Position numbers and translations under genes: made by a program. Of a DNA stretch of 54,439 bases, positions 17,910 through 25,798 are shown in pieces (positions within the stretch are counted from its first letter, which is position 1; every line of letters begins with the position of its first letter). Under the pieces are notes generated by a model. The model saw only the letters and a program-made list of their open reading frames with translations. It ran no database searches and was not told where the DNA came from. Source of the stretch: a virus (Duplodnaviria; Caudoviricetes); the IMG/VR virus record IMGVR_UViG_3300043690_000026, positions 1-54,439 of that record; one strand, written 5' to 3'.

Positions 17910-19384
17910 TCCACCTCCAGCGTCGAAATGCCGGTCGCCAGGCGCACCTGGGCTGCTTCTGCTTCCTTCACCGGATCGATCCAGCCACGACCGGGGCCGA
18001 TGAATTTTGCCCGCGTGTAAAACGCGCGCTTTTCATAGAAATCGGGCGCATCGATCAGGCCCGCATTGACGGCCTCTTCAAACCAAAGCTCGTACACCGG
18101 CTGCGCCCAGTAAGTTACGAGCCAACTGCGCCGGGTCGTGAAGTACCTCCAGCTTTCGAGTAATGCTGCGCGGGCGCTCGAGTAGTTCGTTTTGCTGTAG
18201 TCCTTCATCAGCTGCTCGTATGGGAGGCCCATACTGATCCCGATCTGGCGCATAACGAACTCCGAGAACGCAGCGAACTGCGGCGCGGGCCGGTCGGGCG
18301 AGAACGGCGTCATCTTATCGCCGGGGTACAGCGGGATGAACGTGCCGCCCTCCAGCTGCACGCGATACTCGTTCTTGGCTGCGAGGTACGCGTTGGCATC
18401 GCCGCCCACCATCTCAGCGAGCGTCGCCGGATCGAGCGGTGTCTCGATAATCCCTGCCACCAGGGCGTTCACGATGGCCGACTGCAACTCGGCGCGCTGG
18501 TAGCTGTCGAGCATGCGGAACTGCTCAATGACTGGCGCGAGTATCGGCTTGCCGCGCGTCTGGTCCACCCGGTCCGGCGTGTAGATGTGAATGACCCGCT
18601 TGCGCCCCCAGGGCGTCTCGGCCGGAACCTTCTCCCACTCGCCGGCGATTCCGCCGATGGCCGGGAAAAACATGCCGGGCCAGCTGGCGATTTTGCGGAT
18701 GTGATAGGCCGTCGGCCGCCCGTAACCGTCCATCTCGACGCCGCCCCGCAAATACATCGTCGGAGTCATGTTGCCGGGATTCGATAGCCGGTCCGTGTCG
18801 ACCAGCTGCAAGCAGGTCTTGAATTGCCCGAGCTCCGGGCGGTCCATCCACAGCGGCAGCGCCAGGGCCTCGCCGTTTTGCAGCACGCTCCGGTAGACCA
18901 GCGTAGTAAGGCCCGCGAAGGTGAGCTTGTTCGCGACATCGATGAGCGTCGTCTCGGCGTATGACTTCCATAGGCTCTCGACATCGCGGCACCAGCCTTC
19001 GGCCCAGGCGGGAGTCTTGCCGAGCGCGCGGTAGTCGGGCCAAGCGGTGAGGCGCAGGTTGGTGCCGACTACGTTGTCGAGGGTGGTCTGAAAGGCACCC
19101 GCGGCGATACCCGTGTTGCGGTCCAGGTCGCGCGAGCGCGCCACGAGCGTGCCCTGATCGCTCAGTATCTCTGCGTCGGCCGCGGCGCGGATCGGAAACC
19201 AGTTCGATAGCTGCTTCCTGATCCAAGAGGCGCCGGTATAGGGCGTATCGCGGTAACCGTAGCTGCCGTATCCGTAGCCGTAGCCTGTCGCGCCGTCGGT
19301 TGACTGCGCGCGCATGATTGGCCGCAACATGCGCGCTAGAAAGCTTGGCTTCGGTGGGCGTGGCGTCGGCAGGTTCATGGCCAT
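17747..19384 (-). CDS. Portal protein, lambda family
   Basis: ARSRDLDRN, QTRGKP, DYSKTNYSSARAAL, GWIDPVKE motifs. Confidence 0.95.
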   Translation of the reverse strand: MAMNLPTPRPPKPSFLARMLRPIMRAQSTDGATGYGYGYGSYGYRDTPYTGASWIRKQLSNWFPIRAAADAEILSDQGTLVARSRDLDRNTGIAAGAFQTTLDNVVGTNLRLTAWPDYRALGKTPAWAEGWCRDVESLWKSYAETTLIDVANKLTFAGLTTLVYRSVLQNGEALALPLWMDRPELGQFKTCLQLVDTDRLSNPGNMTPTMYLRGGVEMDGYGRPTAYHIRKIASWPGMFFPAIGGIAGEWEKVPAETPWGRKRVIHIYTPDRVDQTRGKPILAPVIEQFRMLDSYQRAELQSAIVNALVAGIIETPLDPATLAEMVGGDANAYLAAKNEYRVQLEGGTFIPLYPGDKMTPFSPDRPAPQFAAFSEFVMRQIGISMGLPYEQLMKDYSKTNYSSARAALLESWRYFTTRRSWLVTYWAQPVYELWFEEAVNAGLIDAPDFYEKRAFYTRAKFIGPGRGWIDPVKEAEAAQVRLATGISTLEVECAEQGMDWNDVIDQRALEKKRLQDAGLWVEPPQPTKPVGFPAEPEEVPVRVPV

Positions 19385-19704
19385 CCAAAAAAGCTGATTG
19401 GCTTGCGAACGTTTAGCCCGCTGCCGTCGGTACCCGTGCCGGTCACAATGCCTTGCAGGTAGTCGATCAGGCGCTGGAGATCGGCCGCGGTGGTTTGGGC
19501 GAACTGTACGCGTCCCAGCTGCGGCGTATCGACCGAGGACGGCATCTTGCCGGTCAGCAGATCGAAATAAGCGTCTTGCGCCTGCTTTAGCATCTTCGCC
19601 GCCTTATCGGGCGTAAGGTCTTTGGGCAGCGCGAGCCGGATATCGGACGGCATCGGGTTCGGTGGTCGGAAAGGCGTCATCGATTCACTCCAGGAAGCTG
19701 TCAT
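19375..19704 (-). CDS. gpW-like head-tail joining protein
   Basis: Between TerL and portal; AYFDLLTGK...VQF...DLQRLI...RKPI pattern. Confidence 0.75.
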   Translation of the reverse strand: MTASWSESMTPFRPPNPMPSDIRLALPKDLTPDKAAKMLKQAQDAYFDLLTGKMPSSVDTPQLGRVQFAQTTAADLQRLIDYLQGIVTGTGTDGSGLNVRKPISFFGWP

Positions 19705-21631
19705 TCGACCCGAACGGCTTAAATTGCGGCATAGGCGTCGGCGAGCGCGTGATCGCCGTCCCTGGAACCGCCGGCGTTAAGCCCCGCCTCAAGGCCTGCT
19801 CTGCCTCAGCCCATCGTTTGGCGGTCCAGGAGTCGATGCGCAGGTTGGATGCCGCCGCGCGCGCGTAGATGCGGCAGTCTAAAGCCTCGTTGCGGTCCCG
19901 CCGCTTTTCCCAGCGGGCGGTGGTGCGCCCCGCGACAGTGTGAGTAATCAGCTGCTCGGCGCACAGCTGCTCGAAAAACTCCTTGCCGTAGCCGGGAAAG
20001 TGGCAGAAGCCCGGGGGCCACGCTTCGCCCGCATCGAGGTCCGGCACGGCGAGCCGCAGGCAGCGGTACAGTTCTTCCTTGCCGATACTCGTGTTGACTG
20101 GCCAGAGCCGCACGCCGCCGCGCAGCGTGCGGCCGCCGGGCGTCAAGTCGATCAGCGTGGGCGGTCCCAGGAAGGCGCTGATGTGCGTGTGGTGTTCACC
20201 CTTGACGGCCATCACGCGCACCGATCCCATGCGCCTGGCCCAGTCATACACGCGTATGGTGTTGAAGCCGGAATCGACCGCCAGCTTCTGAATGCGCAGC
20301 ATGCCGCCGTAAAAGCTGGGGAAGTCTTCGTCCAGCAATCCCGCCAGCTGCTCCCACACTTGCGGCTGGTTGGTGTTGCCCTCGAGCACGCGGTAATCGA
20401 CAGACCAGCTTTCGCGTTGCCGCCCCCAGGCTACGATCTCCACCTCGATGCGGTCGCGCTGAATATCCGCGCCTGCCGTGAGCACCAGGCCGCCCTCGGG
20501 CACTTCCCCGATGGGATAGCTCTCGCGGCGCTCGTACAGACGATCGACATCCGGCACCTCGCCCTGGTCGGCCCATGGCACGCCCAGGATCGTGTTGTAA
20601 AAGGCCTGCTGCTTTTCCGGCGACCCAGCGGCCTTTTCCTGCATGCGCATAATCTGGGACCAACTGAGCCAGCCGTCGGGCGAGTAATAGCTCGACAGGT
20701 GATAACCGCGCGTGACGCCGTCGCCCGGAGCCGTCGCGCGCCATTCACCGGCCTCGAGTATTTCGGTTTTTTCGTGATTGTAAATTTCGCCGCCGCACTC
20801 CTGGCAGCGATAGCAGGCCTGGTGCGAGCGAATGTAGGACCAGCCCAGCTGCTCCGGCAGCAGCGTGATCAGGACGCCGCACCGGGGGCAGGGCACGAAG
20901 TAGAAGTTCTGATCCGACTGCGCAAAGAAAGTCTCGATGCGGCTGCGGCCCGCGATGGTGGGCGTTGACGCGATCAGGATTTTCTTGCGACGAAAATTCG
21001 CCGTGCGCGCAATCGCCAGATCGCATGGTTCGCCCTCGCGGTCCACATTGGGCGGATAGGCGTCGACCTCGTCCAGAAACAGATAGCGCGCGGCCATCGA
21101 GCGCAGCTGCTTCGCGGAGTTTGCGCCGGCCAGAACCAAAATGCCACCCAGAAACTCCTTGGCCAGGATCGTATTGCCGCTATCGCGCGACTTCGGTGAG
21201 CGCACAAGCTCACGCAGAATCGGCGAGTCCTCGATCAGCGGCCCGATGCGCTGTTTCGAGTTGCGCTTGGCCATCGTCTCGGTCGGCTGCACCACTAGCA
21301 TGGGACCGGGCGCGAGATGGATTACGTAGCCGATCCAGTTGTTGCCCGACTCGGTGGCGCCTACCTGCGACCCTTTCATGAACACCACGCGCTCCCAGGG
21401 CGAGTCAGCCATCAGGGAGTCCATGATGTCGCGTAGGAACGGCGTGCGCGAGGTGCGCCATATCCCTGGTTCGGGCGAGGAACGCGTGGACAGGACACGA
21501 TACTTGTCCGCCCATTCGCTGATGCGCAGCTTTGGTTCCGGACGCGCGCCAGCGCGCACCGCCGCACGGGTTTCTTTGAACGCGTCGCCCAGGCCTGGGA
21601 GTGACGCTTGCAGGATCATCGACGGCGTCAT
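19685..21631 (-). CDS. terL: Terminase large subunit, GpA family
   Basis: KGSQVGATE Walker A variant, LFLDEVD Walker B, STPT, CPRCG, DSG, RNEALDC. Confidence 0.96.
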   Translation of the reverse strand: MTPSMILQASLPGLGDAFKETRAAVRAGARPEPKLRISEWADKYRVLSTRSSPEPGIWRTSRTPFLRDIMDSLMADSPWERVVFMKGSQVGATESGNNWIGYVIHLAPGPMLVVQPTETMAKRNSKQRIGPLIEDSPILRELVRSPKSRDSGNTILAKEFLGGILVLAGANSAKQLRSMAARYLFLDEVDAYPPNVDREGEPCDLAIARTANFRRKKILIASTPTIAGRSRIETFFAQSDQNFYFVPCPRCGVLITLLPEQLGWSYIRSHQACYRCQECGGEIYNHEKTEILEAGEWRATAPGDGVTRGYHLSSYYSPDGWLSWSQIMRMQEKAAGSPEKQQAFYNTILGVPWADQGEVPDVDRLYERRESYPIGEVPEGGLVLTAGADIQRDRIEVEIVAWGRQRESWSVDYRVLEGNTNQPQVWEQLAGLLDEDFPSFYGGMLRIQKLAVDSGFNTIRVYDWARRMGSVRVMAVKGEHHTHISAFLGPPTLIDLTPGGRTLRGGVRLWPVNTSIGKEELYRCLRLAVPDLDAGEAWPPGFCHFPGYGKEFFEQLCAEQLITHTVAGRTTARWEKRRDRNEALDCRIYARAAASNLRIDSWTAKRWAEAEQALRRGLTPAVPGTAITRSPTPMPQFKPFGSNDSFLE

Positions 21632-22179
21632 GCGGCTTCCGTCGTTCCTTCAGCGAAAGCCGCGAACACGGAGTTCAATTCGGCTTCGAGCAGAGCTTGG
21701 CATTTCTCGGCACTCGTTTCGGCGGCCAGAATCGCGGACACGCGCGAGGGGATGTTGAAGCAGGCTTCGCGCAGCGTCCGAAACTCCGTGAAGCGGGCGT
21801 TCCGGACGTCGGCCGCCGGGACCAGGTTGCCAGCGCGTTCCTCATAGCGCAGTTTCTTCAGCAACGCCTCGTAGATTTGCGTTCCGGCACGCGCCTTGGC
21901 ATACGCGGTTGATTTTGCGTCTTGCGGCAGTGGTATTTCGGGCGACGGTATTTCGGGCAGATGTCCGTCGATTTGAAGCGGCTGCTTCGCCGCGCGCGGG
22001 GTGCGGTTGTTGTGGCCTTTCTCGTGATGCGTGGTATCCGCGAAATCCTGCATTGCCTGCTCGAGGTCATACATGCCATCGGGCCGCTTGGTGATGCGGC
22101 CGGCGGCTTCTGCTTTACGGATCGCGCCGCGGTCGCGCCCGAGAGCTTTGGCGAGTTCGACCTCGCTTACAACTGACAT
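21628..22179 (-). CDS. terS: Terminase small subunit (Nu1-like)
   Basis: N-terminal wHTH, coiled coil YEERAGNLV; coupled to terL. Confidence 0.85.
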   Translation of the reverse strand: MSVVSEVELAKALGRDRGAIRKAEAAGRITKRPDGMYDLEQAMQDFADTTHHEKGHNNRTPRAAKQPLQIDGHLPEIPSPEIPLPQDAKSTAYAKARAGTQIYEALLKKLRYEERAGNLVPAADVRNARFTEFRTLREACFNIPSRVSAILAAETSAEKCQALLEAELNSVFAAFAEGTTEAA

Positions 22180-22381
22180 CTTTGCCGCGATTTTAACCCT
22201 AAAGTCTCGCAGTTACAAACACTTCTCTTGTGGACGAATAACTCGAAGTGACTGGGGCAGTAACCGCTGGGGTGACTGTTGCGGTTACCGTGTTTGGAAG
22301 GCTCAGGGCAGGAAAAGGCCCGCCAATGACTAGCGGGCCGTGAGAGGTGTACTCGGGTAAGAACTCAATGCAGGAAGCATA

Positions 22382-22531
22382 TCACGGCACGGCGATCGCA
22401 GCGGCCAGTGCCCACAGCGCCAACCCGGCCCAGCCGAGACTCTCGCCTCGCGGCGGTGTTATGCCGACAGCGGCACACAGAAAACAGATGATCGCGAGGA
22501 TCATGAGCACGACGCGCACTGTTACCAACAT
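22382..22531 (-). CDS. 49-aa two-TM membrane protein, holin candidate
   Basis: Read manually: MLVTVRVVLMILAIICFLCAAVGITPPRGESLGWAGLALWALAAAIAVP; ATG overlaps stop of 22531..22860. Confidence 0.55.
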   Translation of the reverse strand: MLVTVRVVLMILAIICFLCAAVGITPPRGESLGWAGLALWALAAAIAVP

Positions 22532-22860
22532 CAGACCATGGCCTCCTTCGCCTTAGTCACAAGCTCGTCAAACATAAGCCGACAGCCCGAGCATAACTCG
22601 GAGGGTAACTCCCCCACGCGCCGCCGCGCCTCGGGATGCTCGAACATGGATACTCCGCAAAAGGCATGCCAGCGATCGTCGAATAGCTCGAGATGCGTCG
22701 CCCCCTCATGCTCGCGAATGCGCAGCTCGATTTCGCCCACGAGCCAGGTCTGGAGAAACCGGCGCTGGTGCTGAAGCATTCCGCGGCGTGCGCGATCGCG
22801 CTGGCAGTCGCGGCACACCAGCTTGACCTCGCGGCCGCATTCCGGGCAGATCATTCGCAC
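22531..22860 (-). CDS. Cys-rich hypothetical protein (Zn-binding)
   Basis: CPECG, CRDC, HAFCG, CSGC. Confidence 0.6.
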   Translation of the reverse strand: MRMICPECGREVKLVCRDCQRDRARRGMLQHQRRFLQTWLVGEIELRIREHEGATHLELFDDRWHAFCGVSMFEHPEARRRVGELPSELCSGCRLMFDELVTKAKEAMV

Positions 22861-22872
22861 TCAGCTTACCGC

Positions 22873-22962
22873 CGGGAGATCCCGAAGTGAAGCGGTGAAG
22901 TGGAGGCGGGGAGAGCCCAAAGTGGATCTGAAGTGGAGGGCGCACGAGGAGTGAAGTGGAGG
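22873..22962 (+). repeat. Motif block A: CGGGAGATCCCGAA plus 3x TGAAGTGGAGG
   Basis: 11-mer at 22896, 22929, 22952; block recurs at 24040-24094. Confidence 0.8.
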
Positions 22963-23116
22963 CGTGCGCGTGGCAGAAGCCACTCACTGAAGCCACCCGA
23001 AGCCACCCATTTCACCCTCCAGCCACCTTCAGGCAACTCGTGAAGCATCCCCAGGCACTCATGAGGCAACCTCCGAGGCCACCTTTTTCGCGACCGAAAG
23101 TCTGCCAATTTCGTCC

Positions 23117-23145
23117 TTGCTAATATCTTTTTGGCATGATGTAAT
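23117..23145 (+). promoter_or_regulatory. Sigma70-like promoter P1
   Basis: TTGCTA-17-TGTAAT; spacer shares TCTTTTTGGCATG with P2. Confidence 0.65.
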
Positions 23146-23200
23146 AAGGATAGGCGGGATGGCCCCGCAAGTTACAGAAACAAAAGAGGATATCAACTAA

Positions 23201-23476
23201 ATGGCAATCACAGAGAAGCACTTTGTATCGGCCGGGGAAACAGTACGGATAGAAATTCCGTACTCGGAAGTCTGCATGCACATGCAGGTCGCCGGTCGCG
23301 TAATGAATGTGCGCTTTGAGCATAAGGTAGGGCATACCGCCTGCGCACAATTGCTCCAGGATGGCCGCGAGTTCAGCGCGCCCATTACGCCCGGAGAAGC
23401 GGGGTTCTATTGGGAGGATGGCCGCTACTACTGCTATCCGGTGAACGGAGATCCCAGTTCGAGAGGGAGGTTTTAA
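23201..23476 (+). CDS. Hypothetical protein (cassette 1)
   Basis: GAGGA RBS, downstream of P1. Confidence 0.7.
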   Translation: MAITEKHFVSAGETVRIEIPYSEVCMHMQVAGRVMNVRFEHKVGHTACAQLLQDGREFSAPITPGEAGFYWEDGRYYCYPVNGDPSSRGRF

Positions 23477-23478
23477 CC

Positions 23479-23619
23479 ATGAATCGCAGAGAGTCCGCCG
23501 CGCTCGACCGCTACATCACCGGCAATTGGGGCGAAGACCAATTCCGCGAGGAGTACGACTGGCCGCAGATCGAACCGGGGGATGACCCCGGTCCGGCTGA
23601 CGAGGAGGTGAGCGAATGA
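23479..23619 (+). CDS. Small acidic hypothetical protein (46 aa)
   Basis: GGAGG RBS, ATG at 23479: MNRRESAALDRYITGNWGEDQF... Confidence 0.65.
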   Translation: MNRRESAALDRYITGNWGEDQFREEYDWPQIEPGDDPGPADEEVSE

Positions 23620-23762
23620 GCCGGTTCGCGGAGATCCTAAAGGCGGTGCAGGAGAGCCTGCACCTAATCAAGCCGCTGCTGTTCGAACTGGTGCTGTTCA
23701 TCTGGGCTGCGGTTGAGATGTGCAAGTTCATTTGGACAGTAGCCCTGGGAGGTGAGCAGTGA
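23616..23762 (+). CDS. 48-aa hydrophobic peptide
   Basis: GAGGAGG RBS; ATGA and GTGA coupling at its ends; not in ORF track. Confidence 0.6.
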   Translation: MSRFAEILKAVQESLHLIKPLLFELVLFIWAAVEMCKFIWTVALGGEQ

Positions 23763-23986
23763 CTACTCCTTACGAACTGATTGCGAAGTGGGAAAGCAGA
23801 TCGGGAAAGCACTTCGCCGAGCTATACCGCGATGGTGCGGGCTATGCGTATTATCGCGGCAATGGCTGCGGCGGAAATCTCGGCAACCTTTCCGAGGCTG
23901 ATGCGATCACTCTGATGCAATCGAAAGTTGATTCTGGCTATTTCCTGCCCGATGACGCCAAGACTCCCATGAAGCGGACAGTCTGA
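23759..23986 (+). CDS. Hypothetical protein (cassette 1)
   Basis: GGAGG RBS, followed by terminator. Confidence 0.65.
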   Translation: MTTPYELIAKWESRSGKHFAELYRDGAGYAYYRGNGCGGNLGNLSEADAITLMQSKVDSGYFLPDDAKTPMKRTV

Positions 23987-24001
23987 AACAGCCAGCGCGC
24001 C

Positions 24002-24030
24002 AAGCCGCACTTCGGTGCGGCTTTTTTTTT
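24002..24030 (+). terminator. Intrinsic terminator
   Basis: AAGCCGCAC-TTCG-GTGCGGCTT followed by T run. Confidence 0.9.
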
Positions 24031-24039
24031 GTCTGCGCG

Positions 24040-24094
24040 CGGGAGATCCCGAATTGAATCCTGAAGTGGAGGGTAACAAGGCCTGAAGTGGAGG
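24040..24094 (+). repeat. Motif block B: CGGGAGATCCCGAA plus 2x TGAAGTGGAGG
   Basis: 11-mer at 24062 and 24084. Confidence 0.8.
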
Positions 24095-24165
24095 GCTCGA
24101 ACTGTCGCCGCAACGAGCTCTGAGTCTTGTGTCACGAGTGCCTGGTCAGTACGACCGGCTACATG

Positions 24166-24258
24166 GTAAGTCAGGGTTCATTGTACGGGGTCGTACGTAG
24201 GTCAGGGTTCAATGAACCCTCACTTACGTAAGGCGGAGTTCATGGTACGCCGACTTAC
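24166..24258. repeat. Three head-to-tail 31-bp imperfect palindromes
   Basis: GTAAGTCAGGGTTCATTGTACGGGGTCGTAC / GTAGGTCAGGGTTCAATGAACCCTCACTTAC / GTAAGGCGGAGTTCATGGTACGCCGACTTAC. Confidence 0.75.
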
Positions 24259-24325
24259 AGAAGGCAGATCCCATTCCTGTTATAGCCTGCTGAAATCTTT
24301 TTTGCAATATTTTCGCTCGAGGGTA

Positions 24326-24354
24326 TTGCAAAACTCTTTTTGGCATGCTTCAAT
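24326..24354 (+). promoter_or_regulatory. Sigma70-like promoter P2 with overlapping 10-bp inverted repeat
   Basis: TTGCAA-17-TTCAAT; TTTTGCAATA (24300) / TATTGCAAAA (24324). Confidence 0.65.
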
Positions 24355-24407
24355 CGTCGTGTGGCCAGATGGCCGCTAATTCAAAAAATTGAGGATATCG
24401 AACACAA

Positions 24408-24884
24408 ATGCAAGTAACAGAGACAATCAAGGCAGAGCCGAAGGCAGAGCCGAAGGCAGAGCCGAAGGCTAAGAAGGCCGCTCCGAAGGCCGCTCCTAAG
24501 AAGGCCGCTAAGAAGGCAGAGAAGGCCGCTAAGAAGGCCGCTCCGAAGGCAGAGCCGAAGGCTAAGAAGGCAGAGAAGGCTGATAAGGCCGAATCGCTCA
24601 AAATCCATGTGAACAAAACAGGCCGAGTATGTTTCGGTAAAGCAGCCGCTGCTAGGATCGGCGAATCGGCTCACATGGCGCTAACAATCGAAGGGAAGAT
24701 TGTACGCATGGATCGCGCGAAATCCGAGGGCGAGAATACGGTACCCGTACGGGATGCCAATGGTCGGCCCTATGTTTCCTGTACGAAGCAATTTAAGCCT
24801 CTCGGCTTCGATGGCTCCGAATCGCTCGATATCGAAGCTAAGCCGTATGGGAGCGCGGGATTCGAATTTAAGCTGGCTGTGTAA
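24408..24884 (+). CDS. Histone H1-like (Lys/Ala/Pro repeat) DNA-binding protein with C-terminal globular domain
   Basis: KAEPKAEPKAKKAAPKAAPKKAAKK repeats; GAGGA RBS. Confidence 0.8.
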   Translation: MQVTETIKAEPKAEPKAEPKAKKAAPKAAPKKAAKKAEKAAKKAAPKAEPKAKKAEKADKAESLKIHVNKTGRVCFGKAAAARIGESAHMALTIEGKIVRMDRAKSEGENTVPVRDANGRPYVSCTKQFKPLGFDGSESLDIEAKPYGSAGFEFKLAV

Positions 24885-24901
24885 GGAAAGGAATTACGAG
24901 A

Positions 24902-25111
24902 ATGGACATTCAAAATAAGCCCGAAGCTGAAGGCGATGAATTACCCGGGCTCGCGGATTACATTTGCGATCACAGCGCCGAATATATCCTGAATCCCGCT
25001 GATACCATTCGCCTCAGGCGTATTCAGATGCGTATGGCCCAATCTGATTATTTTGATACAGATGAATCCCGCTCGGATCTGGCTTGGCTTAGATCCATAG
25101 CGCGTAAGTAA
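24902..25111 (+). CDS. Hypothetical protein (cassette 2)
   Basis: AAGGA RBS, followed by terminator. Confidence 0.65.
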   Translation: MDIQNKPEAEGDELPGLADYICDHSAEYILNPADTIRLRRIQMRMAQSDYFDTDESRSDLAWLRSIARK

Positions 25112-25133
25112 AAAGCCGCTCCGCTCCGCTCCG

Positions 25134-25164
25134 AAGGCCGCTCCCTAACAGAGCGGCCTTTTTT
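25134..25164 (+). terminator. Intrinsic terminator
   Basis: AAGGCCGCTC-loop-GAGCGGCCTT TTTT. Confidence 0.8.
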
Positions 25165-25192
25165 CGTCTCTACGCATCCCGCATCCCGCATC

Positions 25193-25463
25193 CCGCCGCT
25201 CTGGAGCCCTGCCGCCGCTCTGGGAGCCCTGCCGCCGCTCTGGGAGCCCTGCCGCCGCTCTGGGAGCCCTGCCGCCGCTCTGGGAGCCCTGCCGCCGCTC
25301 TGGGAGCCCTGCCGCCGCTCTGGAGCCCTGCCGCCGCTCTGGGAGCCCTGCCGCCGCTCTGGGAGCCCTGCCGCCGCTCTGGAGCCCTGCCGCCGCTCTG
25401 GAGCCCTGCCGCCGCTCTGGAGCCCTGCCGCCGCTCTGGAGCCCTGCCGCCGCTCTGGAGCCC
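25193..25463. repeat. Tandem array of about 14 copies of CCGCCGCTCTG(G)GAGCCCTG (19/20 nt)
   Basis: Direct reading; preceded by 3x CGCATCC. Confidence 0.95.
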
Positions 25464-25601
25464 ATCTGACATCGTATTCCGACCGACATTGTAAGGAGTC
25501 CATCGTAAGCCATCCCGCCGACTCCAGGATCTCCTTTGTTAGGAGTTCCGCCGCTGGCGACGAGGCTTGGATCTCCTAACTTGTTGAAAACAAAGGGGAA
25601 A

Positions 25602-25658
25602 AGGTACTCCGCGGCCCTCCGCTCGCCCGCGGGCTGCGCCGCCCGCACAATTTCGCTA
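25602..25658 (+). other. Putative lambda-like cos site (cosQ-cosN); predicted 12-nt cohesive end GGCTGCGCCGCC at 25632-25643
   Basis: AGGTACT-N23-[12 nt]-CGCACAATTTCGCTA versus lambda GGGTCCT-N23-GGGCGGCGACCT-CGCGGGTTTTCGCTA (lambda sequence from memory); GpA terminase present. Confidence 0.7.
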
Positions 25659-25757
25659 GTAGTTCACAAAATTGGTGATTCAACGGGACTTAGTGCCTGG
25701 GAACTTTAACGAGTGCTTAAGTTGCATCAAATCGCTGCACTTTTTGCCACAGCAGAC

Positions 25758-25784
25758 GAAAAAGCCGGGGCGCGAACCCCGGCT
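25758..25784 (-). terminator. Intrinsic terminator for 25799..26356
   Basis: AGCCGGGG-TTCGCG-CCCCGGCT TTTT on - strand. Confidence 0.75.
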
Positions 25785-25798
25785 GAAATGGTCGGATT

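Noticed and set aside
22260-22288. Inverted repeat GTAACCGC-N13-GCGGTTAC upstream of terS as cos
   Set aside because: Lacks the cosQ and TTTCGCTA context seen at 25602-25658; may be a late-promoter regulatory site but unsupported
2207-22333. Numerous + strand ORFs antisense to structural genes
   Set aside because: Shadow ORFs expected in GC-rich DNA; no motifs and fully overlapped by well-supported - strand genes
25145-25648. ORFs translating the tandem array (25048..25503, 25145..25648, 25170..25472), and the array as a CRISPR
   Set aside because: Frames are open only because the repeat lacks stops; 19/20-nt units do not preserve frame; there are no spacers and no cas genes
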